DNA of 64,000 nucleotides from an uncultured archaeon (GTDB lineage Archaea; Altiarchaeota; Altiarchaeia; JAFGQM01): NCBI GenBank assembly GCA_964619365.1, contig CAZUDQ010000001.1, positions 50,929 to 114,928 of the forward strand, read 5' to 3'. Shown piece by piece: positions 37,793 to 47,057 of this stretch (position 1 is its first letter; each line of letters starts with the position of its first letter). The notes under the pieces were generated by a model. It saw only the letters and a program-made list of their open reading frames with translations, ran no database searches and was not told where the DNA came from. The position numbers and the translations under genes were made by a program.

Positions 37793-38839
37793 ATGCCTAG
37801 ATCTGCCCGTTCCCAGAGAGAACACAAAAACCCCAGAGCAAGAGAACTTGCAAAAATCTCTTGCTATAATGGCAGACTTGCAAATAGTCTTGGGCAAGTA
37901 CATCATAAGGATTTAGAAGGCATAGCCAAAGTCCTTAACGCTGAAGAAAAAGGACTCGGAGCTTACACTCTTGCAGCAATAATGGCAGATAATCCTGATG
38001 CATATAATGCAGGGACATTTGGTCATGTGGTTCCATTGTGGAGGAGTATGAGGAAATCTAATGCTGATGTCACAGGTTTTGCCGAAGCTTCAGTTCCCAT
38101 ATTAAGAGGAAGGGTGTGGAGTCCCGAGGTCAAAAAAAGCTTGGATGTTTTGAAAAATACGCTTCGTGAACTGGAGCTTCACGGTTCATATGGTTTCTCT
38201 GAAAGGATGTCAGAATATCCTGAATCCATGGACTTAAAAACCATGAATCGCTTTGGCCCGCTTTTAAGCCAAACTGCAAAAAAGGGAAACAATCCTTCAT
38301 TCCTGTTTGCAGCTTCCCTTCCGATATTAAAATCCAATAAGAAAGCTGATGAAAAACTTCGAGCAATAAATCATCTGAAAGAGGCTCTTGAGGTATGGAA
38401 GAAAAAGGATACGAAACCAAACGAGAAAACTAATTCATTCCTTGTGAAAATGATATTAGAAAATCCTAAGACTTTCACCCCAAATATTCTCATGGATTTA
38501 GCGCCCACTCTTGCCCGAGAAGCTAAGGCGGGATACGACCCAAGTTCTCTTGCTATAACATTACATGCACATTCCATAAATCTTAGCAAAAAAGATATGT
38601 CAAGATATATACGGCTCCATGATGTTATTCCGAGAGATGTTTCGCACGACGAAATTATGGATCACGCACTAGATATCAGACTAAATCCCAGAAGGATCTC
38701 CCATAGAAATAGAGCAAAATACCAAAGGGTGCTTCTCGAACGTGGTCATATTCCGACAAAAGGCCTGATTGAGGAGATGCACACGCGTGCTTTAGAAGAT
38801 GTGGGAGAAAGAAGGAAGATTCCTGTAAAAAGAAGATGA
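37793..38839 (+). CDS. Basic ~38-aa helical-repeat protein, paralog 2
   Basis: FGPLLSQTAKKGNNP, LAPTLAREAKAGYDP; C-terminal YQRVLLERGHIPTKGLIEEMH; basic termini. Confidence 0.78.
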   Translation: MPRSARSQREHKNPRARELAKISCYNGRLANSLGQVHHKDLEGIAKVLNAEEKGLGAYTLAAIMADNPDAYNAGTFGHVVPLWRSMRKSNADVTGFAEASVPILRGRVWSPEVKKSLDVLKNTLRELELHGSYGFSERMSEYPESMDLKTMNRFGPLLSQTAKKGNNPSFLFAASLPILKSNKKADEKLRAINHLKEALEVWKKKDTKPNEKTNSFLVKMILENPKTFTPNILMDLAPTLAREAKAGYDPSSLAITLHAHSINLSKKDMSRYIRLHDVIPRDVSHDEIMDHALDIRLNPRRISHRNRAKYQRVLLERGHIPTKGLIEEMHTRALEDVGERRKIPVKRR

Positions 38840-38860
38840 AGTTAAACGGATAACGAAAAC

Positions 38861-40345
38861 ATGCCAAAAACTAGAAAACCAAAAAAGTCCCAAAACTATA
38901 AAAAAGCTTCAGGGTATATAAGACGTGTTTGCCCAGACCTCTCAAAAAGTCTTGGTGGAAACAGAATTTCTGACGGACATGTTATAGAAATGGCCAAAAT
39001 CCTAAGGGGGATAAAGTCTGGGGGGGATAAACGAGGACTTGGTAATGAAATGGCTTATGGTATAAACGAGAGGGTGTTTGGCAACGGAGAACTTAAGTAT
39101 ATTTTACCTGCCGTGGCTCAAACTGCAAAAGCTAAGAAATATCCTACAAAACTTACTCAGGATTTGTATTATATGCTTAAGCCGGAAGGCAAGCTTAACA
39201 TTACAGGGCTAAAGAAACTTTCGCCAGTAATCGTAACACTCTCGAAAGAGGGTTTTTATGGCCCAGAAACTTTAACCAAATCTATTTCATGGGGACTTAA
39301 AAACGGGATACTAAAAAACAGTAATTTAGATACGCCACTAAGGCACATAAAAGGCTCTTTTGACGAACTGGAAAAAAACGGATACGAGTCATGGGATCTT
39401 GCACTTGGACTTGAGAATGGTTTTATGTCAAAAGGCATATCGAATCGAACTCTCCCCGAAACCCTAAGACATTTTAGTACGTGCCTTAGAGCATCAAAAG
39501 ATGCCGGCTACTCCCCCCATGAATTTGCTCTGAGATATTGGCATATCAGAGACTCGGATAAAAGGTCACTTGAGATGCTCAGGGGGATTTCCCCGATGGC
39601 AATAGAAACTGCCAAAGGGGGTCATGATCCCTGGAAATTCGCATATACCGTAACAAAAGAGGCGAGACAAGGTTCCTTGACTAAAGGACAATTTGAGAGA
39701 TTGCGTCCCACTTTTCTAGAAGTTGCAAAAGCCGGATTTGATCCTCATGATCTGATATCAGACGGAATCGTGACACCAGATTCTAACCTGTCACCTCATT
39801 TGGTAATAGAGCGCCTGCAACCAGAGATTATAAGTTTATCCAGGGCAGGCATAAATCCAAAAAGGCTTTTAAAAATTCTAAACAAAGGTATTAACAAAGG
39901 CCCCATAACCTCCAGAAACGTAGGGATTTTTGGAAGGGCCAGTTCGGAAATCTTAAGGAATTCTGGTTCAGGTAAGGGATTTAAGGATGATGTGCAAGAA
40001 AACCTGACAGATATGATTATATATAAAAAGCTTACGCCACACATGTCAAAGAAACTCGCTCAAGCAACAAAGGCGGTAGACGGGGCTGGAGACAACACTA
40101 ATCTATTTATGGTGCGGATTCGAAGAGACTTGGGACATGGAAATCTTGACAAGAGAAATTTTACAAGGTCGATGGATATTCATATAAATTTGCCACGAGG
40201 TTATGGTCATCACGAGGTTATGAGACATGCAATGAAAGTAAGGGGAGTTCCATCTGATAAGATTCCGGAATATCAAAAAGCACTTTTGGAAAAGGGGTAT
40301 TTCCCGACAAAAGGTCTGATTGAGGAGATGCATAAACCTAGGTAG
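38861..40345 (+). CDS. Basic ~38-aa helical-repeat protein, paralog 3
   Basis: ISPMAIETAKGGHDP, LRPTFLEVAKAGFDP, LQPEIISLSRAGINP spaced 38 aa apart; C-terminal YQKALLEKGYFPTKGLIEEMH. Confidence 0.78.
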   Translation: MPKTRKPKKSQNYKKASGYIRRVCPDLSKSLGGNRISDGHVIEMAKILRGIKSGGDKRGLGNEMAYGINERVFGNGELKYILPAVAQTAKAKKYPTKLTQDLYYMLKPEGKLNITGLKKLSPVIVTLSKEGFYGPETLTKSISWGLKNGILKNSNLDTPLRHIKGSFDELEKNGYESWDLALGLENGFMSKGISNRTLPETLRHFSTCLRASKDAGYSPHEFALRYWHIRDSDKRSLEMLRGISPMAIETAKGGHDPWKFAYTVTKEARQGSLTKGQFERLRPTFLEVAKAGFDPHDLISDGIVTPDSNLSPHLVIERLQPEIISLSRAGINPKRLLKILNKGINKGPITSRNVGIFGRASSEILRNSGSGKGFKDDVQENLTDMIIYKKLTPHMSKKLAQATKAVDGAGDNTNLFMVRIRRDLGHGNLDKRNFTRSMDIHINLPRGYGHHEVMRHAMKVRGVPSDKIPEYQKALLEKGYFPTKGLIEEMHKPR

Positions 40346-40354
40346 TATGTCCCC

Positions 40355-41074
40355 TCATATTTCATGAATTTTGCCTAAATAGCTTCCATCTAAAAGATAT
40401 GCTTCGGAAGAACCTTCAATAATAGATTTTTTCATAAAGGGTCCCAGGAATCCTGCTGTGTTTACAGGCGTTCCCCGCAAGGATTCATCAAATGCCGGGA
40501 CGCATATCGCTTTTGGAGAGTGTTTTTCGTTTTTTGTTATGAGGTCTGCTTCAATCCAAGCCTTTTGGAGACCCCCTTTTACTTCACGCAAAAGAACTGC
40601 CGGGTGAGTATGGCCACAGGAAATGAGTTCGCATGAAAGGATGTCATCGCTTGGCAGTTTATGCCCATGCAAAAAACCTGTTTTTCCTTTGATAAATTCA
40701 TCCATCACTTCAATGCCACTGGGCACAAGCGATTCAATGTTACCATCGTGGTTTCCCTTAGTTATTATTATCTCAGGAACGAGTGTTTGGAGTTTTGAAA
40801 GAAACTTTGGGACTTCGTTTTCCTCTTGTCTTGATGTTATCGGGACATTGTGCTTAAAATCCCCAAGAATAACTAATTGTTTTGGCTTGGTTGAGACGAT
40901 GAGTCTTGCCATGCGCTCAAGCTTTTCTGGTGTTGAACTTGGAACATTTGCACCCTTCTTCCACATCTCGTACTCAATCCCATTGTGAAGATCTGCTACA
41001 ACTAATGTTTTTCCAATAAGCATGGCCGGTTCGCCTAAAACAAATCTGGATTCGGGCTTCTTGCCTTCAGGCAT
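40355..41074 (-). CDS. Metallophosphoesterase (COG1407-like, Lhr-associated MPE type)
   Basis: ADLH.G.E, LGD.KH, GNHD, HGH, GH.HP, PAF; start taken as ATG 41074. Confidence 0.9.
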   Translation of the reverse strand: MPEGKKPESRFVLGEPAMLIGKTLVVADLHNGIEYEMWKKGANVPSSTPEKLERMARLIVSTKPKQLVILGDFKHNVPITSRQEENEVPKFLSKLQTLVPEIIITKGNHDGNIESLVPSGIEVMDEFIKGKTGFLHGHKLPSDDILSCELISCGHTHPAVLLREVKGGLQKAWIEADLITKNEKHSPKAICVPAFDESLRGTPVNTAGFLGPFMKKSIIEGSSEAYLLDGSYLGKIHEI

Positions 41075-42218
41075 TTTTAGAAAGCATGGCATCAAGACGC
41101 AAGAGCGCCTCGTTTATGGCATCAGTTGATGTCGCATAAGAACAGCGAACATGTCCTTCCCCACAAGGTCCAAAGACTGACCCTGGGACAGTTGCGACTT
41201 TTGCATCTCTTATCGCAGTCTCGACAAACTCTTCACTAGTCATGCCAGTTCCAGTTATGTTTGGGAAGGCATAAAATGCTCCTTTTGGCATATGGCAAGA
41301 GACTCCTGGAAGTGAATTGAGTCCATTTACAATAAGCTTGCGCCGTGTGTCATACACTTTTACCATCTCGGCTACCTTGTCTTCAGTATCAAATGCCGGA
41401 ATCATAGCATATTGAGAAACGGATGGCGCGCACATCATCATATACTGGTGGATTTTATATATCGCGTCAAAGACATCGCCTTCTGCCTGGATGTAACCAA
41501 CTCTCCAGCCTGTTGAGGCGTATGCTTTTGAGAAGCCATTTAGGGTTATTGTCCTTTCATGCATTTCTGGCATCCCGGCAATAGAATAATGCTTGCCCTC
41601 ATAAAGCAATCGCTCGTAAATCTCGTCTGAAATTACAGTAAAGTCATTTTTGATGGCAAGATCCGCAATATCTTCTAACGCCTTTTTTGAGTATACTGCG
41701 CCAGTTGGGTTATTGGGAGAGCAAAAAAGCATGGCTTTTGTCTTTTTTGTTATGACCTTTTCCATATCTTCTCGCTGTGGGACAAACCCGTTTTTTTCAT
41801 ATGTCGGGACATATACTGGCTTTGCTCCAGTAAGCATTATGAGGGGGGCATATGCTGTATAGGCAGGGTCTGGGATTAAGACCTCATCACCCTCGTCAAC
41901 AACTGCCCTTAGAGCTAAATCCAGGCCTTGGCTTGAGCCGCTTGTTATAAGTACGTTATCTGAACTTGCGCCTGAAATACCGTTTTCGAAGCTTAGTTTT
42001 TTTGCGATTTTTTCGCGCAATTCTTCCACTCCAAGGTTTGAAGTGTAATGAGTCTTGTTTGAATTTATAGCTTCAATTGCCGCCGCCTTGATGAGATCTG
42101 GTGTGTCAAAATCGGGCTCGCCAATACCTAAGGTCACAATATCCTTTTCCCGCACGGCAAGATCAAAGAATCTTCTAATTCCAGAGGGCGGGATTTCTCC
42201 GGCGCGTTTTGAAACCAT
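41067..42218 (-). CDS. PLP-dependent class I/II aminotransferase
   Basis: GEPDFDTP, SPNNPTG, SDEIY, NGFSKAYA.TGWRVG, GAFY.FP, VPGS.FG; start taken as ATG 42218. Confidence 0.93.
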   Translation of the reverse strand: MVSKRAGEIPPSGIRRFFDLAVREKDIVTLGIGEPDFDTPDLIKAAAIEAINSNKTHYTSNLGVEELREKIAKKLSFENGISGASSDNVLITSGSSQGLDLALRAVVDEGDEVLIPDPAYTAYAPLIMLTGAKPVYVPTYEKNGFVPQREDMEKVITKKTKAMLFCSPNNPTGAVYSKKALEDIADLAIKNDFTVISDEIYERLLYEGKHYSIAGMPEMHERTITLNGFSKAYASTGWRVGYIQAEGDVFDAIYKIHQYMMMCAPSVSQYAMIPAFDTEDKVAEMVKVYDTRRKLIVNGLNSLPGVSCHMPKGAFYAFPNITGTGMTSEEFVETAIRDAKVATVPGSVFGPCGEGHVRCSYATSTDAINEALLRLDAMLSKNA

Positions 42219-42289
42219 TTTGTAAGCTAAGCTAATTTTGGAGCTTGAGTAAAAAAAGGAAACCTGTTTCCCCATTTCTTAAGAAATGC

Positions 42290-44380
42290 TTACTTCTTTT
42301 GCTTTGACGGACAAGAGAAGTTTGTACAAATAGTCCAAGGCATCTTTTTGCCTTGCGTCCAAATATTTATCATTGGCCAAGAGCAAGTTTCACACTCTTT
42401 TTTAGCTGAAATTACTTTTCCTCTTTGTGGCAAAGGTTGAGTGTTTGTACATTTGGGATAGTTTGAGCAACCAAGAAAGCGCTTACCTGTCTTTGGATTT
42501 TTCCTGACAATTAGAACGCCTTCTTTACATATCGGGCAGGCGCCAACTGCTTCAGCCTCAGCCTTTTCGACTGCTGCCTGTCTACTCCCCCCAGCAAGTT
42601 TTGCGCCAATTTCCTTTTCCTCTTTTTTAAACTTCTTAAGTACTTTTGTTAGTATGTCTTTTGCCCTTTTTTCAACAGCCTCGCTTGTAGCTTTATTCTC
42701 GATGATGCCTTCCATCTCATCGTTTATTTTTGCAGTGAGTTCTGCGTCAAGAATCTCCGGACTGTGGACTTCAAGGGTCTCGACAGTCTTTATTCCAAGC
42801 GTCGTTGCCTCGATTGCTTTTCCTTGTATGTAATTACGTTTAAAGAGTGTGTCTACTATTGTCGCGCGTGTTGCTTTTGTACCTAGATTTTGTTTCTCAA
42901 GCTCTTTGATTATTGATGCCTCGGTAAAGCGCTTTGGGGGCTGAGTCATCTTCTTATCAAGATTTAGCTTCTTGATGTTGACTATGTCGCCCTCGTTTAT
43001 GTCTGGCAAGATAATCTCATCAAACTTTGCGTATTTGCCATAAAGCTCGTGCCAGTTGGGGGCAACTGTTCGTTTGCCTTCGGCCTTAAAGTCCTCGGTA
43101 TTTACGTCTATTATTATTTTAGCGCTTTCGCGAATCGCCCACTCGCCAAATGTCGCCATAAAACGCCTGACAATGAGATCATAAAGCTTCATTTCCTGAA
43201 CACCCATTCCTTTTGGCGCTTCTCCTGTCGGATATATCGCCGGGTGCGCAGGATCCTTTTTCTTGCCGTTATTTGGCTTGAGTGAAGCCTTACTTAAAAG
43301 TGTTTGGGCGGCAGAGGAATAATCATTTGTTGATTTTAACTTCTCAAGAATCTTTCTCCAGCCTATTGTCGGCGGGTACTCCTGAGAAGACGTTCTCGGG
43401 TATGAGATTATACCGTTTTCATAAAGAGTCTGGGCGAGTTCTAGTGTGTGCTTTGGGGGAATCCTGTGGAACCTGTGTGCCTCAAGCTGCAGGCTTGTTA
43501 AGTCAAATGGGTTGGGTGGCGGCTGTTTGTATTCTTTTTTCACAACCGATGTTACCTTGCCGGTCTTTTGGTCTTTGACCTTTGCATAGATTTCTTCTGC
43601 TGTTTCCTGTGCGCTATCTCCTTCGAATTTTTCTTTTGTATGGATTGCATCAAAGTCTGCGGGGGACTCATGGCCTCCATTCATGCGAGCCGAAATTACC
43701 CAGAATGGTTCTGGGATGAATTTTTTTATGTCGCGCTCACGGTCAACAACCAGCTTTAGTGCCGGACCCTGAACACGTCCTATGGAAAGCGTGCCATGTG
43801 CGTTTGCAGTGCGCATTGAAGAAGTCAGGGCACGAGATAAGTTTATGCCATAATACCAATCAAGCTTATGGCGAGTAATCCCGGCTTCAGTCTGGCCGAA
43901 ATCAAAATCCTCAATATTTTCATATGCCTTTTTTAAGTCTGGAAAAGTGACGGTTGAAAAATGCATCCTTTTGACGTTTCCCTTCTTTGGGTCAGCGTGG
44001 CATGCCATATTTATCAGGTTGTATCCTATTACAGAACCTTCGATATCGTAGTCGCACGCATTGACAAAGGTGTCAGCTTTTTTTGCAAGCTTTTCTATTG
44101 TCTTGACATAGCCTTTAGTGTAAGCTGAACCCTTTTGGACTTCGTAGGCTGGATCCCATTCTATATCAAAGACCGGATAGTTTGTGTTCCAGGACTTATT
44201 TCCTTTTTCTGCAAGAGAATAAACGTGACCGACAGCTGATGCGACAAGAACAAGCTCGCCATCATCATCAACTTCATAATATGAGCTTTGGCCTTCGCCT
44301 TTTTTCCTTTGAGCATTGCCTATAGCTCCTGCTATTTTTCCTGCAACACTAGGTTTTTCAGCGATGATTAAAGTTGTCAT
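42290..44380 (-). CDS. topA: Type IA DNA topoisomerase
   Basis: IIAEKPS, GH, ACDYDIEG, S.GRVQ, catalytic SYPRT, AHPAIYPT, LGTKATR; C-terminal zinc ribbons. Confidence 0.96.
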   Translation of the reverse strand: MTTLIIAEKPSVAGKIAGAIGNAQRKKGEGQSSYYEVDDDGELVLVASAVGHVYSLAEKGNKSWNTNYPVFDIEWDPAYEVQKGSAYTKGYVKTIEKLAKKADTFVNACDYDIEGSVIGYNLINMACHADPKKGNVKRMHFSTVTFPDLKKAYENIEDFDFGQTEAGITRHKLDWYYGINLSRALTSSMRTANAHGTLSIGRVQGPALKLVVDRERDIKKFIPEPFWVISARMNGGHESPADFDAIHTKEKFEGDSAQETAEEIYAKVKDQKTGKVTSVVKKEYKQPPPNPFDLTSLQLEAHRFHRIPPKHTLELAQTLYENGIISYPRTSSQEYPPTIGWRKILEKLKSTNDYSSAAQTLLSKASLKPNNGKKKDPAHPAIYPTGEAPKGMGVQEMKLYDLIVRRFMATFGEWAIRESAKIIIDVNTEDFKAEGKRTVAPNWHELYGKYAKFDEIILPDINEGDIVNIKKLNLDKKMTQPPKRFTEASIIKELEKQNLGTKATRATIVDTLFKRNYIQGKAIEATTLGIKTVETLEVHSPEILDAELTAKINDEMEGIIENKATSEAVEKRAKDILTKVLKKFKKEEKEIGAKLAGGSRQAAVEKAEAEAVGACPICKEGVLIVRKNPKTGKRFLGCSNYPKCTNTQPLPQRGKVISAKKECETCSWPMINIWTQGKKMPWTICTNFSCPSKQKK

Positions 44381-44421
44381 TTATGTATTTACTGGCCTTT
44401 TACCTCTGAGTTTTGGGGCTA

Positions 44422-45345
44422 CTAGTATAAAAAAGGGATTTTTGAACCATGATGGGTTATCTTGACGTCTCCTAAGTCTACTGAGTTCCCCTTTCGCAGG
44501 GTTGCAATACCCTCTAAATTTTTGCCAATTAAACGGATTCCATCATAACTTGCTCCAGACATGACGGCAACGCCATTATCCGAGAGCCTTGAACGGATGT
44601 CTGAAATCATCTCTGAACCTAAATTGAGCCCCAATGAAGGCACAACCATGACATCTGGAGCTACTTTTGACTTTAACTTGTGTGGCTCGAACATGAAACT
44701 TGATATGTCCCGGCAAACTCTCATCTCGACATTTTGTTCACCAAGCTTTGTTGAGGGGAACTGTTTTTGTCTATTTGCAAGAGCTATTACTCGTTTAAAT
44801 GCCAAAGGATAATCTTTTTCATGCAAAAGATTTAGATAGTCGTTATCCATTTTAGTTAAGTGATAACGAATAAATTTTCCTTTTTGGCTTGGATGTTCTA
44901 CTAAAATCCCACGATGGGGCGCTTCATTGGGGTCAGTGATTTGGTGAGAGGCTTTTGAATATGCGTGATATCCCGGCTCGCCTTCGTGTGGATGAATCAA
45001 ATACCCAGTATTTACAATACGTTTTGGCAAATCGTGGCCACCATTCACCCAAAATCTATTGATTTCCGGAATGGAATATGCAATCGCGGCATTTTTCTCT
45101 AGGGCAAGAGCCCGAAGATCTCTTGCGAGTTTTTTGCCTCGGCTTCGCTGCACGGCCATATCAAGATTTTCAAAACCTTCTGCCATCAAAACGACCCTGG
45201 GGACTTTGGATTTCCCTTTCAACAACTTTTTGGCAGTCTTATAAACCTCACTTGTGTTGCTGGGGCGCTCTGTTGTGGCGATTATGTGCAACTTGTGTTT
45301 AGGAGTGGGCTTTTTTCTCATTCTTTTAAGTAAGTTTCCTGTCAA
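44422..45345 (-). CDS. Divergent carbon-nitrogen hydrolase (nitrilase superfamily)-like protein with basic N-terminus
   Basis: Ordered motifs VVLMAE, SIPE...VNTGYLIHP, YSK, VCRD, DVMVVPS match the Glu-Lys-Cys scaffold; alternative start ATG 45321. Confidence 0.5.
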   Translation of the reverse strand: MTGNLLKRMRKKPTPKHKLHIIATTERPSNTSEVYKTAKKLLKGKSKVPRVVLMAEGFENLDMAVQRSRGKKLARDLRALALEKNAAIAYSIPEINRFWVNGGHDLPKRIVNTGYLIHPHEGEPGYHAYSKASHQITDPNEAPHRGILVEHPSQKGKFIRYHLTKMDNDYLNLLHEKDYPLAFKRVIALANRQKQFPSTKLGEQNVEMRVCRDISSFMFEPHKLKSKVAPDVMVVPSLGLNLGSEMISDIRSRLSDNGVAVMSGASYDGIRLIGKNLEGIATLRKGNSVDLGDVKITHHGSKIPFLY

Positions 45346-45365
45346 AAGAAGAAAAAGAGTATACT

Positions 45366-45935
45366 ATGCAAAGCAAATTTGATATGCAACGAAAAAAGGC
45401 TCTGTTGCAACTTGATGAAGCTAGAGCTCGCGGGGAGGCAGACGAGAAAATAGGGGAACTTGTCGATGCTATAAACTCTTCAGAGTCTATGTACACCACT
45501 TCATCCTGTTCTGGAAGAATCACTGTTTTAGAAACACCTGCCTGTCATGAAAAAATACTCGCCCATTGGCTTGGCAAATGGCACGATAAAGTCACGGCTA
45601 AGGATATCTTAGATGCTTTATCTAAGCACAAAAAGAATGTTGCATACTTACAAAGCGAATGCCCTATTATACATATTGCATGCAAGGATGTTGTGACTGC
45701 TGACTCTCTTGTCCTTGCCGGGCGCGAGTCTGGGTTTAAGCGCGGTGGGATACTCTCCGTACGGCCAGAACGCGTAATGGTAGAACTCTGCTCGACTGAA
45801 AACTTAGAAGTCCCTATTGGAAAAGACGGCAAGAGCCTGGTAAGTGAAGATTACACCCATCTACTTACAGATATTGCAAACATCAAACTTGTTGCCGGCT
45901 GGGAAAAGATTGAAAATCTAAAGGCACGCCTTTAA
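45366..45935 (+). CDS. taw3: tRNA wyosine-pathway methyltransferase Taw3/TYW3
   Basis: DE.I..L...IN.....YTTSSCSGRI, KWH, PI.H, GFK. Confidence 0.9.
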   Translation: MQSKFDMQRKKALLQLDEARARGEADEKIGELVDAINSSESMYTTSSCSGRITVLETPACHEKILAHWLGKWHDKVTAKDILDALSKHKKNVAYLQSECPIIHIACKDVVTADSLVLAGRESGFKRGGILSVRPERVMVELCSTENLEVPIGKDGKSLVSEDYTHLLTDIANIKLVAGWEKIENLKARL

Positions 45936-46012
45936 ATTAGAAGACCTGGACTTTGATATATCTAGACAAAATACTTAGATAAGTCACACTTTTGTTAAAG
46001 GAATGACTTGGA

Positions 46013-46936
46013 ATGGAACAAAAAAATCTTAGGGAACCCGACTATTCAAAAGATCAAGACTGGTCAGTAAAGACTAAGGACTTAAAACATAAAGTAGATA
46101 CGTTTTTCATCCACCCGACAACTTACTCGATAGGTAAAACAAAGGATTACATCGCAGACCTTGATAACGAAAAGTTAAATGAGGAAACTGATTCCAGGAC
46201 CGTTAATCGGATGCTTGGGGTCTATAACAAGAGCACAAATGTATTTGCGCCCAGATATCGCCAGGTCGGAATCGAAGTTATGGGGATGCCAGAAGAGGAA
46301 AACAAGAAATATTTTGCAACCCCGGTTAAGGACCTTGAAAAGGCGCTTAAGTATTACCTTGAAAATATCAATGACGGCCGGCCATTTATCCTTGCAAGCC
46401 ACAGTCAGGGCTCTGATGCCTTAAGTGCAGTACTGTTAAATAATCCAGACATCATCAAAAATTATAAAGATAAGCTCGTCGCAGTTTATTCTCCTGGTTG
46501 GACCTTTACAAAAGAGGATTTAAAGAAACTCGGGCTTAAACTGGCTGAGTCGGCTACAGAAACCGGCAATGTCATAATACCCTGGAATACTGTTGGACCT
46601 GGCGGGAAATCGCCGACACTTAATCCCGGCGCCACATGCGTGAATCTTCTTTCCTGGACAACAGACCATAAAGAATATCCTGCAAGCATGCATAAGGGCG
46701 CAAAGATACTATTTAATGATGATAAAGAAGAGGTGATAGACCACTTCACATCAGCAAAGATAAACGATGCAGGCGGACTTGAGATACCTTCGCCAAAAAA
46801 GGAGATATATGGCAGGCTAAGGGTAGTGCTTGGCGACCAGTGCTACCATCGCTACGACTATGATTTCTTCTTCTTTAATCTGGTTGATAACGTTGCGGAG
46901 AGATGTGAAAGCTATCTTAGCAAACATCCGGCCTGA
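46013..46936 (+). CDS. DUF3089 alpha/beta hydrolase
   Basis: VDTFFIHPT, FAPRYRQ, N.GRPFILASHSQG, CVN.LSW, H.YDY.FF..NL..N...R. Confidence 0.85.
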   Translation: MEQKNLREPDYSKDQDWSVKTKDLKHKVDTFFIHPTTYSIGKTKDYIADLDNEKLNEETDSRTVNRMLGVYNKSTNVFAPRYRQVGIEVMGMPEEENKKYFATPVKDLEKALKYYLENINDGRPFILASHSQGSDALSAVLLNNPDIIKNYKDKLVAVYSPGWTFTKEDLKKLGLKLAESATETGNVIIPWNTVGPGGKSPTLNPGATCVNLLSWTTDHKEYPASMHKGAKILFNDDKEEVIDHFTSAKINDAGGLEIPSPKKEIYGRLRVVLGDQCYHRYDYDFFFFNLVDNVAERCESYLSKHPA

Positions 46937-47057
46937 TTTCTATTAGTGAATGGTGTGTGTATTAATGACCACTGAGGTGGATGGAAAGCATAAAAAGCAT
47001 TTATAGTTTTAAGTTCTAAATAATGATGTAACTATTATTTTATTAAATAGTGCAAGG

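Noticed and set aside
36384-40345. Diversity-generating retroelement or CRISPR explanation for the repeated 3' block
   Set aside because: No reverse transcriptase or cas1, differences are not adenine-specific, and the copies are in-frame coding and over 1 kb apart.
46937-47057. Possible C/D-box sRNA (CTGA, ATGATG)
   Set aside because: Boxes are in the wrong order and spacing, with no terminal stem.
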